Counted from the first letter of the stretch, positions 37,487-46,513 are shown. The stretch: 64,000 nt of DNA from an uncultured Thermoleophilia bacterium (GCA_963767505.1 CAVYDV010000008.1:358937-422936); one strand, 5' to 3'. A program made the numbers and translations. Notes: generated by a model from the sequence alone, not told the origin.

Positions 37487-38657
37487 TGGTCCCCACGTTC
37501 CGGGCGGACCGCCTCAGTCCGATGGCGAGTGGTTTCGCTATGACCCCGACGACCGCTGGGCGAGCGACGGACCCGCGCACTCTGACGACGATCTGAGCTT
37601 CGTGCGTCGTTCACGCCGCGGGCCGCCTGAGCGTCGGCGAAGGCGGGGTCGTCTGATCGGCCTTGTCCTGGTGGCCATCCTCGCGCTGTTGGCCGGAATG
37701 GGTGCGGGGTATGCACGGAGCTACTTCTCCAGCGGCGCGGTGGGCGAGGAGGTCACCGTGGTCATCGCCGCGGGCGACAGCTTGAGTACGATCGCCGACA
37801 AGCTCGAAGCGGCGGGTGTCGTCGAGCACGCGGGGGCCTTCGTAGTCCGCGCGAAGACCGATGGCTACTCCTCGCAATTCAAGGCCGGGACGTATCGACT
37901 GCGCGAGAACGAACCGTATGCGGATCTCGTCACCATTCTCGTGGAGGGGCAGAAGCCCCTCACGGTCAAGGTCACCATCTTCGAGGGGAGCACGCTCAGG
38001 CAGTCGGCCGCTCTTGTGGCCGAGAGGGTCGAAGGCGTCGAGGCCGAGGACTACATTCGAATCGCGCGAGACGATCCTCCGAAGATCCGGCTGGAGGGCT
38101 ACAAGACCGGGACGACGCTGGAGGGCCTGCTGTTCCCAGCCACATACGAGCCCGAGCCCGAAGTGAAGGCAAGACCCTTCATCGAAGGACAGCTCGCCGC
38201 CTTCGAGGAAGGCTTCGCAGAGGTCGACATGAGGCGTGCCGACAAGGCGAACCTCACACCCTACGAAGTTGTCATCATCGCATCGATGATCGAACGCGAG
38301 GCGCAGGCGGAGGATGAGCGCCCGCTGGTCGGGGCGGTGATCTGGAACCGCCTGCAAGACGACATGCTGCTGCAGATCGACGCGACGATCCAGTACGCCC
38401 TGGGAGAGACCAAGCCCCTCCTCACCTTCGAGGATCTCAAGATCGACTCACCATACAACACGTACACGAACGCCGGCCTGCCGCCGACGCCGATTGCCAA
38501 CCCCGGACTCGCTTCACTGCAGGCCGCCGCCGACCCAGCCGCAGTAGACTACCGCTACTACGTGGCGCGCGCCGACGGCACGGGAAAGCACTACTTCTCG
38601 CGCACCTACGAGGAGTTCCTCGCGAATCAGGCCAAGGCCGTGCGCAACAGCCAGTAG
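37470..38657 (+). CDS. mltG: Endolytic murein transglycosylase MltG (YceG-like)
   Basis: N-terminal TM helix, ..LEGLLFPATYE.., IIASMIEREA, SPYNTYTNAGLPPTPIANPG. Intact. Confidence 0.9.
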   Translation: MSRPSSGPHVPGGPPQSDGEWFRYDPDDRWASDGPAHSDDDLSFVRRSRRGPPERRRRRGRLIGLVLVAILALLAGMGAGYARSYFSSGAVGEEVTVVIAAGDSLSTIADKLEAAGVVEHAGAFVVRAKTDGYSSQFKAGTYRLRENEPYADLVTILVEGQKPLTVKVTIFEGSTLRQSAALVAERVEGVEAEDYIRIARDDPPKIRLEGYKTGTTLEGLLFPATYEPEPEVKARPFIEGQLAAFEEGFAEVDMRRADKANLTPYEVVIIASMIEREAQAEDERPLVGAVIWNRLQDDMLLQIDATIQYALGETKPLLTFEDLKIDSPYNTYTNAGLPPTPIANPGLASLQAAADPAAVDYRYYVARADGTGKHYFSRTYEEFLANQAKAVRNSQ

Positions 38658-38676
38658 GCGGGGGCAGCGCCAGGTC

Positions 38677-38698
38677 GGGGCAGGAGACGCCCCCTTTT
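38677..38698 (+). terminator. Weak candidate intrinsic terminator after mltG (GGGGC-N7-GCCCC + CTTTT)
   Basis: 5-bp GC stem followed by the only T4 tract in this spacer. Confidence 0.3.
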
Positions 38699-38831
38699 CC
38701 GCCAATCAATAGGGCGACACGCTCGTCGGCGATTCCCTCGAAGCTGCCTCGCGCCGCCCGAGAACCGCCGTTGACGGGACTTCACACGGGGGCACGAGAC
38801 GATCCAGGGAACGACACAAGTCATAGGCATC

Positions 38832-39641
38832 ATGGGCGACCCCGTAGCGCACTCGCTGTCGCCGGCGGTCCACAACGCCGCCTTCGCAGCAGCGGGCCTC
38901 GACATGGTCTACGTGCCGCTGCCGGTGCGCGCCCAGGACGTCGGCGCCGCGGTCAACGGCCTTGTCGCCCTTGGCTTCCGCGGCGCCAACGTGACCGTCC
39001 CTCACAAGGGAGCCGTGATCCCGTGGCTCGACTGGCTCGACGACGACGCCCGCCTCGCGCAGGCGGTCAACACGATCGTCGTCGAAGATGGCGTGCTACG
39101 CGGCTACAACACCGATATCGACGGCGCACGCACGGCGCTGGTCGGCGTATGCGGAGACTCCTTGCGCGGCTCCCGCGCCCTTGTCCTCGGAGCCGGGGGC
39201 GCCGCGAGAGGTGTCGCGCTGGCGCTGGCGAGGCTGGGCGCCGTGCTCACGGTCGTGAATCGTACCGGCGCTGGAGCCGAGCGCCTCGCCGCGCTCGCCG
39301 AAGCCGGCGTGCCCGGCGCCGCCTGCCGCTGGCTTCCCCTCGACGAACTCACGCCGGCGGATGTCGCGCAGCAGAGCCTGCTTGTCAATGCGACCTCCCT
39401 CGGGATGACAGGAGCAGGTAAAGTCCCCGCGTCGTTGGTCGATACAGTGTCAGCAGGGCAAGTCGTATTCGATGTTGTGTACGGCCGCACGGAGACAGAT
39501 CTGCTGCGGCAGGCGCGCAGCCGGGGGGCCCAGACGGTGGACGGCAAAGCCATGTTTCTGGCCCAGGCGATTGGGGCCTTCCGACTCTGGACGGGTCAGG
39601 CGCCACCGGCAGACGTGATGCAGACTGCACTGAACTCATGA
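38832..39641 (+). CDS. aroE: Shikimate dehydrogenase; homology appears to extend upstream of the first ATG
   Basis: GDPVAHSLSPAVHNAAF and NVTVPHK. The in-frame upstream codons read ..TQVIGIM, the usual beta-1 strand, but lack a canonical start. TTG 38771 is in another frame. The stop overlaps the pilB ATG. Confidence 0.85.
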   Translation: MGDPVAHSLSPAVHNAAFAAAGLDMVYVPLPVRAQDVGAAVNGLVALGFRGANVTVPHKGAVIPWLDWLDDDARLAQAVNTIVVEDGVLRGYNTDIDGARTALVGVCGDSLRGSRALVLGAGGAARGVALALARLGAVLTVVNRTGAGAERLAALAEAGVPGAACRWLPLDELTPADVAQQSLLVNATSLGMTGAGKVPASLVDTVSAGQVVFDVVYGRTETDLLRQARSRGAQTVDGKAMFLAQAIGAFRLWTGQAPPADVMQTALNS

Positions 39642-41533
39642 GCAAATCGGGAAGTGGGGACTTGGAGTCCACGACGTTCGACACTGACGAGGGCATCGCC
39701 GTCGACGAGGCGATCGTCCTGCTCGAGCAGCCCGAAGTCGAGAGGCTCGACCTGCCGGCGAGTGATTCCGTGCCCGAAGCCAATGGGAACGGCTCCAACG
39801 GCGAGCGTGGAGTGACCACCGCCGATGCCTTGGACGGCTTCGTGCGCACGCAGCGCGCCTCCAAGCTCAGCCTCGGCGACATCCTCAAGGACATGGGTCT
39901 CGCGACAGAGAAGCAGATCACGACGGCGTTGGCGAAGCAGAAGGAGACGCGGCAACGCATCGGCCAGATCCTCATCGATGACGGCTCGATCAGTCAGCTC
40001 GATCTGACGAAGGCCCTGGCCAACAAGTTCGGCGTAGCCTTCCTCGACCTCTCGGACACGACCCTCGAACCCGCCGCCGCCGGAACGATCGACGAGAAGC
40101 TGGCGCGACGGTACGGCGCTGCGCCCATACGCTATGTAGACGAGAACACGCTGCTCGTCGCCATGGTCGACCCCCAGAATCTGCTGGCGCTCCAGGACCT
40201 CGAGATCATCACCGGCTACGGCATCCAGGCGGCGATCGCCAGCGAGGAGGACGTGTACGGCGCCATCTCCAAGATCTACCGCGACCGCCCCGAGGTCGAT
40301 CTGGACGAGGCCGACCTGGCAGACCTGGACGACGGCGCCGACGTCGCCGACATCCGCGACGCCACCGATGAGGCGCCGATCGTCAAGCTGGTGAACTCGA
40401 TCATCGCCCAGGCTGTCGACGACGGCGCCAGCGACATCCACTTCGAGCCGCAGATGAAGGAGCTCTCGATCCGCTTCCGCATCGACGGCGTGCTGCAAGA
40501 GATCATGTCGGTCCCGCGGCGCATGCTGAGCGGCGTCATCAGCCGCCTCAAGATCATGGCCGACCTCGACATCGCCGAGCGCCGCGTTCCGCAGGACGGT
40601 CGAATCGGCCTCATGGTCGGCGGCCGGCCCATCGACATGCGTGTCGCCACTCTGCCGACCGTCTACGGCGAGAAGATCGTCATGCGCCTCCTCGACAAGT
40701 CCAACGTCATGCTCGACCTCGAGGATCTGGGCTTCTCGGAGAAGGCGCTGAAGCGCTTCCGCGGGTCGTTCACGAAGCCCTACGGCGCCATCCTGGTGAC
40801 GGGGCCCACCGGCTCCGGCAAGTCGACGACGCTGTACGCGGCGCTCAACATCCTCAACTCCACCGAGAAGAACATCATCACCGTCGAGGATCCGGTCGAG
40901 TACCGCCTCGGCGGCATCAACCAGGTCCAGGTCAACACGCGCGCCGGGATGACCTTCGCCGCCGCGCTGCGCTCGATCCTGCGCTGCGACCCCGACATCG
41001 TGATGATCGGCGAGATCCGCGACCGCGAGACGGCGCAGATCGCCGTCGAATCGGCGCTCACCGGACACCTCGTGCTCAGCACGCTCCACACCAACGATGC
41101 CCCTGGGGCGCTCTCGCGGCTCACCGAGATGGGCATCGAGCCGTTCCTCTCGTCTTCGGCGGTCGATTGCGTGCTGGCCCAGCGCCTCGCGAGACGCCTC
41201 TGCACGGTCTGCAAGGAGCCCTACACTGCGACGCGCGAGATGCTGCGCAAGAACGACTTCCCCGCCGAAGTGTGGGAGCGCGACGATGTCGTCCTGCATC
41301 GCGCCAAGGGCTGCCCGCGGTGCAAGAACACGGGCTACAAGGGGCGTCTCGGCCTCTACGAGGTGATGATCGTGAGCGAGGCGATCCGCCGATTGACCGT
41401 GGAGCGCAAGAGCGCCGACGAGATCTCCCGGGTGGCCAAGGCGGAGGGCATGAAGAGCCTTCGCGAGGACGGCATCGACAAGGTACTGCAAGGGGCGACC
41501 TCCTTCGAGGAGATCGCCCGCGTCATCATCTGA
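39638..41533 (+). CDS. pilB: Type IV pilus assembly ATPase PilB (GspE family) with MshEN-like N-terminal domain
   Basis: Intact 631 aa. Walker A GPTGSGKST, Asp box, Walker B, His box, tetracysteine CTVCKEPY..CPRCKNTGYKGR. The N-terminal T2SSE_N region has two 24-aa motifs (aa 78-101 and 107-130). Confidence 0.9.
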   Translation: MSKSGSGDLESTTFDTDEGIAVDEAIVLLEQPEVERLDLPASDSVPEANGNGSNGERGVTTADALDGFVRTQRASKLSLGDILKDMGLATEKQITTALAKQKETRQRIGQILIDDGSISQLDLTKALANKFGVAFLDLSDTTLEPAAAGTIDEKLARRYGAAPIRYVDENTLLVAMVDPQNLLALQDLEIITGYGIQAAIASEEDVYGAISKIYRDRPEVDLDEADLADLDDGADVADIRDATDEAPIVKLVNSIIAQAVDDGASDIHFEPQMKELSIRFRIDGVLQEIMSVPRRMLSGVISRLKIMADLDIAERRVPQDGRIGLMVGGRPIDMRVATLPTVYGEKIVMRLLDKSNVMLDLEDLGFSEKALKRFRGSFTKPYGAILVTGPTGSGKSTTLYAALNILNSTEKNIITVEDPVEYRLGGINQVQVNTRAGMTFAAALRSILRCDPDIVMIGEIRDRETAQIAVESALTGHLVLSTLHTNDAPGALSRLTEMGIEPFLSSSAVDCVLAQRLARRLCTVCKEPYTATREMLRKNDFPAEVWERDDVVLHRAKGCPRCKNTGYKGRLGLYEVMIVSEAIRRLTVERKSADEISRVAKAEGMKSLREDGIDKVLQGATSFEEIARVII

Positions 41534-41555
41534 CAACCGCACGAAGGAAGTGGAG

Positions 41556-42630
41556 ATGGATCTGGTCGACGTCCTTCTCGAGGTCCTGGAACGCGATGCC
41601 AGCGACCTGCACCTCTCGGTGGGGTCGCCGCCCATCATCCGCATCAACGGCGCGCTCGAGCGGCTCGACTACCCGAGGCTCGAGGCCAACGACACCCGCG
41701 AGCTCATCTACAGCATCCTCTCGCAGGACCAGCGCCAGCGCCTCGAGAACGAGTGGGAGATCGACTTCTCGTACTCGGTCCCGGGCAGAGCGCGCTTCCG
41801 CGTCAACGCCTTCTTCCAGCGCAACAGCCTGGGAGCGGCCTTCCGCCTGATCCCCATCCAGATCAGGCCGCTCGAGGAGCTCGGTCTGCCCAAGGCGCTG
41901 CACGAGCTCACCAGGAAGCCGCGCGGCTTCGTCATCGTCACCGGGCCGACCGGCTCGGGCAAGTCGACGACGCTGGCGGCGATGATCGACGAGATCAACG
42001 AGACACGCGACGAGCACATCATGACGATCGAGGACCCCATCGAGTTCCTCCATCGCCACAAGAAGTGCATGGTGAACCAGCGCGAGGTGGGCGCCGACAC
42101 CAAGGGCTTCAACCGCGCCCTCAAGAGCGTTCTGCGCCAGGACCCGGACATCATCCTGGTCGGCGAGATGCGCGACACCGAGACGATGGCCACGGCGCTG
42201 ACCGCGGCCGAGACCGGGCACCTCGTCTTCGCGACCCTGCACACCCAGGACGCGCCGCAGACGATCGACCGCATCATCGACGTCTTCCCGCCGCACCAGC
42301 AGGAGCAGGTCCGCGTGCAGCTCTCGACCACCCTGATGGGCGTCTGCACGCAGCAGCTGCTGCCGACCCGCGACGGGCGCGGTCGCGTCGTCGCCTGCGA
42401 GGTCCTCATGCCGACGCCCGCGGTGCGCAACCTCATCCGCGAGGGCAAGACGCACCAGATCTACTCGGCCATGCAGACGGGGTCGGCCTTCGGCATGCAG
42501 ACGATGGACGCGGCGCTCGCCGACCTGGTGCGCCGCAACATCATCAGTCGCGAGCTGGCCATGCATCGCTCCAGCGACCCGAACGGGCTGGAGCGGCTGG
42601 TCGGGCAACCAGTGCCCGATGGGGGTCTAA
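41556..42630 (+). CDS. pilT: Type IV pilus retraction ATPase PilT; the 3' end needs a 1-nt correction in a G5 run
   Basis: SDLHLSVGSPPIIRINGAL, Walker A GPTGSGKST, GEMRD, AETGHLVFATLHT, ..VRNLIREGK. The frame reads on into pilC unless G5 (42621-42625) is G4. That would give ..PVPDGV-TAA (42628-42630), followed by GGGAGGA and the pilC ATG. Confidence 0.85.
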
Positions 42631-42639
42631 GGGAGGATC

Positions 42640-43854
42640 ATGAGCACCTTCGCCTACAAGGCGCTCGACGCCAGAGGCATGGCCGCGGGCGGACAGATCG
42701 ACGGTGCCAGCAAGGCCGCCGCGGCCGCTGCCCTGCGTCACCGGGGCCTCACCGTCCTCGACCTCAACGAGGTCAAGCGCGGCATCGGGCAGATCGAGAC
42801 TCGGCGGTCGCATCAAGCCCAAGGACCTGACCATCTTCTCGCGGCAGTTCGCGACCATGGTCAACTCGGGTCTCTCGATGCTGCGCTGTCTCTACGTGCT
42901 CGAGGAGCAGACGCAGAACAAGAAGCTCGCCAAGGTCGATCGGCGCCGTGCGCGCCGACGTCGAGGCCGGCATCATCCTGTCGGACGCGCTCGAGAAGCA
43001 CCCCAAGGTGTTCAGCCGGCTCTACGTCAGCATGGTCCGCGCCGGAGAGGTCGGCGGCATCCTCGATGAGGTGCTCAACCGCCTGGCGACCCAGCTGGAG
43101 AAGGAAGACAGCATCCGCCGCGCCGTCAAGTCGGCCATGGTGTACCCGGTGGTCATCGGCGTGTTCGCCATCCTCGTCCTGGTCGGCATGGTGATGTTCC
43201 TCATCCCCATCTTCGCCGGCATGTACAAGGAACTCGGGGACGCCGAGCTGCCGCTCCTCACGCGTATCATGGTGGGCCTCTCGGAGATCTTCCGCAGCTG
43301 GTGGGGTCTCGTCATCCTGGGTGTGATCATCCTCCTCATCTGGGTCGTCGCCCGGCTCAAGCGCACGCGAGAAGGGCGCCATGGTGTGGGACCGCTTCAA
43401 GCTGCGCATCCCCATGGGCATCGGCCAGATCGTCCGCAAGCTCGCCATCGCGCGCTTCTCGCGCACCCTGGGCACGCTCATCTCTTCCGGCGTGCCCATC
43501 CTCCAGGCTATCGAGATCACCGGCCAGGCAGCCGGCAACGCCGTCATCGAGCACGCCATGAAGGATGTGCAGCAGAGCGTCAAGGAGGGCGAGCCGATCA
43601 CCACCCCTCTCGAGAAGGTCTCGGTGTTCCCGCCCATGGTCACGCAGATGATCGCCGTGGGCGAGGAGACGGGCTCGCTCGACGCCATGCTGGGCAAGAT
43701 CGCCGACTTCTACGAGGACGAGGTCAACGCCAGCATCAAGTCGCTCACCTCGATCATCGAGCCCATCCTCATGCTCGGCGTCGGCATCATCGTCGGCATC
43801 GTCGTCATCTCGATGTACCTGCCGATCTTCAACATGATGAACATCGTCAAGTAG
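42640..43854 (+). CDS. pilC: Type IV pilus inner-membrane platform protein PilC (GspF family); 3 frame breaks
   Basis: MSTFAYKALDARG.., two GspF repeats (..LTIFSRQFATMVNSGLSMLRCL.., ..IARFSRTLGTLISSGVPILQAI.., PPMVTQMIAVGEETGSLD). Breaks at ~42795, ~42940 and ~43378. Confidence 0.85.
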
Positions 43855-43873
43855 GTCGCGGAAGGGATCTGCC

Positions 43874-44615
43874 GTGGAGAACGAGCAGCTGATCGCCGGA
43901 TATGCGACGAGCGGGTCGGCCGCGGCGCTCGACGAACTCGTCCGCCGCAACCAGAACCTGCTGCACCATATCCTCAAGCGTTTCGCGTACGCCAACGAGT
44001 CCTACGAGGACCTTCTGCAGGTCGCCAATCTGGGGCTCATCAAGGCGGCACAGCGCTACGACGCCACACGGGGCACGCGCTTCTCGACCTATGCGACGGC
44101 GATCATCGACGGCGAGTTGCGCCACCATCTGCGCGACTCGCTGCTCCTGCGACAACCTCGCTGGGTCAAGAAGGTCTACGCCGATATCCAGGTCAAGTCG
44201 AACGAGCTCATGCACAAGCTCGGCCGGGCTCCGGAGCTGGGCGAGATCGCGGCGGCTCTGAACATCGACGAAGACGGCATCCTCGAGGTCATGCGCCTCT
44301 ACGCGCGCATCGATCTGCACAGCCAGAACGAGCCGTACAGCGGCGACGACATGGGCATCGAGGCAGATCGCCAGTCCGTACGGGCCCTGCGGCAGGAGTC
44401 GTTCGCGCTGCCCATCGAGGACCGGATCGTCCTCTACGACGCTCTCGACACTCTCACTGGGTTCCAGCGTCGGCTCGTCTACCTCCTCTTCTTCAAGCAA
44501 CTCACGCAGTCCGAGGTCGCAGACCTGCTCGGCTTGAGTCGAAGGTCTCGCGCGAGCAGATCAAGCTGCTCGCACGACTTCGCCAAGCGTCTGCGCGGCT
44601 GGCCGCTTCACGATA
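43874..44615 (+). CDS. Group-3 sigma-70 family factor (FliA/SigD/WhiG-SigF-like) encoded inside the pilus cluster; one frame break (~44537)
   Basis: Region 2 (YEDLLQVANLGLIKAAQRYDATRGTRFSTYATAIIDGELRHHLRD), region 3 (LGRAPELGEIAAALNIDEDG), region 4 (RRLVYLLFFKQLTQSEVADLLGLS | KVSREQIKLLARLRQ..). Corrected stop TAG 44613-44615. GTG lies 19 nt after the pilC stop. Confidence 0.8.
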
Positions 44616-44855
44616 GTGCGGGCAAGAGACCCGCCTGCGCGGCTGCAGGCAGCGTCAGCGCCGCGCTGAGGCGTCCCCCGACTGGCGCACGGCCTGCCCC
44701 TCGATGGCCACTCCCGTCCACACGAGGGCATCCGTCGGCCGCTCACCGATCACGCAGTTCCTCGCCGCCGACCACGTGTCGACGAACCACTAGACGCTTG
44801 TTCCAGTCTGGGAGTGCCTGATCGGGGCAGAGTAGGTGTGCGTCAGACAGTCGCC

Positions 44856-44883
44856 TAAAGTGTCAACACGCGATTGCCGAAAG
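44856..44883 (+). promoter_or_regulatory. Candidate sigma-28-type promoter TAAAG-N15-GCCGAAAG upstream of the pilA leader
   Basis: TAAA at 44856-44859, a 16-nt spacer, then GCCGAAAG at 44876-44883 (consensus TAAA-N15-GCCGATAA). A second copy with identical spacing is at 51830-51857. Confidence 0.5.
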
Positions 44884-44919
44884 AGTGTCTAGGAAACGCA
44901 CAAGGAGGCACACTAGGGA

Positions 44920-45000
44920 CGAAAGCGATAAAGGCAAACCACCCGCGAGGGTGGGGCGCAAAGCTACAGGACTCACAGAGTCGGCTGAGCTGCCGCTACA
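44920..45000 (+). promoter_or_regulatory. Candidate c-di-GMP-I (GEMM-I) riboswitch aptamer in the pilA 5' leader
   Basis: GGCAAACC (44933-44940). Helix CCACCC/GGGTGG capped by GNRA loop GCGA (44939-44954). GGCGCAAAGC (44955-44964). A 12-bp second hairpin (44962-44991). Closing pairs GGC/GCC and AGC/GCT. Confidence 0.65.
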
Positions 45001-45155
45001 GGAGCGTTCAACAAAGCCTGTGAAGCCCGGCCGCGCCAAGCCAGAGCTTCGCAGGCTTCTTCTGTGGGGTCCGCGCAGGAAGCAGGGTCGGCAAGTCGTA
45101 CTACGCAGTCGTGTACATGTGGGGCAACGCACCAACAGAGAGGAGATGGCAGAAC

Positions 45156-45542
45156 ATGAAGCGTTTCACCAAAAAGCAGGGGGGCTTCACCCTCATCGAG
45201 CTCCTGATCGTGATCATCATCATCGGCATCCTCGCCGCGATCGCGATCCCGATGTTCCTCAACCAGCGCACCAAGGCCAAGGACGCAGGCGTCAAGGAAG
45301 GCACGCACAGCATCCAGATCGGCGTGCAGAGCTACGCCGTCGACAACAACGACGTCTATCCGCTGACCGCCACCATCGTCGCCGACGTCACGCCTCAGCT
45401 CGACCCGTGGCCGGACAACTCGTTCACCGGTGCCGCTATGGCCAACGACGGCGCCTTGGGCAACTTCACCTACGCGTCTGTCGCCGGAGCCGACTACACG
45501 CTCCTGGGTGTCTTGAGCGGCGGCAACTTCGTGGTGCGCTAG
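45156..45542 (+). CDS. pilA: Type IV major pilin (class III signal peptide)
   Basis: MKRFTKKQG|GFTLIELLIVIIIIGILAAIAIP shows a prepilin leader, cleavage-site Gly, Phe+1 and Glu+5. RBS AGAGAGGAG. 128 aa. Confidence 0.92.
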   Translation: MKRFTKKQGGFTLIELLIVIIIIGILAAIAIPMFLNQRTKAKDAGVKEGTHSIQIGVQSYAVDNNDVYPLTATIVADVTPQLDPWPDNSFTGAAMANDGALGNFTYASVAGADYTLLGVLSGGNFVVR

Positions 45543-45567
45543 GCAACTCCATTAAGAGAAGCCGTGT

Positions 45568-45603
45568 GCAGCGGGACGGGGCCATAAGGCCCCGTCCCGC
45601 TGC
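45568..45603 (+). terminator. Strong stem-loop after pilA (16-bp perfect stem, loop ATAA); candidate terminator
   Basis: GCAGCGGGACGGGGCC-ATAA-GGCCCCGTCCCGCTGC read directly, 26 nt after the pilA stop. No T-tract. Confidence 0.6.
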
Positions 45604-45748
45604 GTTGGGCCCCACGGTCGCCGCGCACAGGAGTGAGTGCGGTGGGCGGCGAACACCCAATTGCGTCGCCGTCCGATCGCACCGGGCCATTGCGAGCGAC
45701 GAGCGGTTCTCGGACTGGAACGACCCTGCGAAAGGCGGATGCGAGGGA

Positions 45749-46513
45749 ATGGTTCAGGAAGACCTGACTACCAGCATCGAGCCGTCGGCGAACGACGCTG
45801 GCGGTCCGGCCGTTCTGATTGCGGCCTCCACAAGACGGTCGCCGTCGGGTTCCGGCGCCGGAAGGTTGACATCCTGAAGGGCGTCGATCTCGTCGTCAAC
45901 CGGAATGAGGTGTTCGGCCTCCTGGGGCCCAACGGAGCGGGCAAGACGACGACCGTGAAGGTCGCCCTCGGCCTGATGAGAGCCGACGGCCGGCAACGCC
46001 CGCCTCGGCGTCGACGGGCTCGCGCGCGTCGGCTACCTCCCGGAGAACGCCTACTTCTACGACTATCTCTCGGGGCGCGAGTTCCTGGCGTTCTGCGCCC
46101 GTCTCTTCGCGCTCGACCCGGACGTGCGCCACGAGCGCGTCGACGAACTGCTGTGCGACGTCAGCCTCGAGGCGGCGGCCGACATCCACCTGCGCAAGTA
46201 CTCCAAGGGCATGCTGCAGCGCATCGGCATCGCGCAGGCGCTCATCAACGACCCGGAGCTGGTGCTCCTCGACGAGCCCATGACGGGACTCGACCCGGTC
46301 GGCCGGGTCGAGGTCAAGCGCATCATCCAGGACCTCCACGAGCGCGGCAAGACCGTACTCTTCAACTCCCACATCCTCGGCGATGTCCACGAGCTCTGCT
46401 CGCGCATCGCCATCATGCGCGCCGGCCGCGTCGTATGGACCGGAGCCGTCGCCGAGGCCCTGAACGAGGCGGCCTCCCTCGAGGACTTCTTCATGAAGGT
46501 GGTGACGGCATGA
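45749..46513 (+). CDS. ABC transporter ATP-binding protein (ABC-2 type, PilH-like position); 2 frame breaks
   Basis: ..[30 protein letters not shown] (Walker A), [15 protein letters not shown] (signature), [12 protein letters not shown] (Walker B). Breaks at ~45820 and ~45985. Confidence 0.8.

Noticed and set aside
39596-41647. 683-aa minus-strand ORF opposite pilB, and similar long antisense ORFs (1459-2469, 8816-9850, 10577-12121, 23500-24369, 31241-32245, 34251-35651, 41526-42608, 60280-61959, 62539-63732)
   Set aside because: They lie antisense to strongly supported + strand genes, have Arg/Gly/Asp-rich low-complexity composition and contain no recognisable motifs. They are the typical stop-codon-poor antisense frames of high-GC DNA.
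42615-42640. Programmed frameshift or pilT-pilC fusion at the G5 run
   Set aside because: Removing one G gives a normal PilT C-terminus, a TAA stop, a GGGAGGA RBS and the pilC ATG with canonical spacing. This fits the general indel problem rather than recoding.
44616-44855. Possible small anti-sigma (FlgM-like) gene after the cluster sigma factor, for example the 29-codon ORF at 44704-44793
   Set aside because: No ORF has an RBS, plausible composition or adequate length. The region may be non-coding or decayed sequence, and there is not enough evidence for a gene.
45038-45063. Clear intrinsic terminator as the riboswitch expression platform
   Set aside because: There is only a 5-bp stem (AAGCC/GGCTT) with an imperfect interior, followed by CTTCTGT. 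That is too weak to call, so ON/OFF logic cannot be deduced from the sequence alone.
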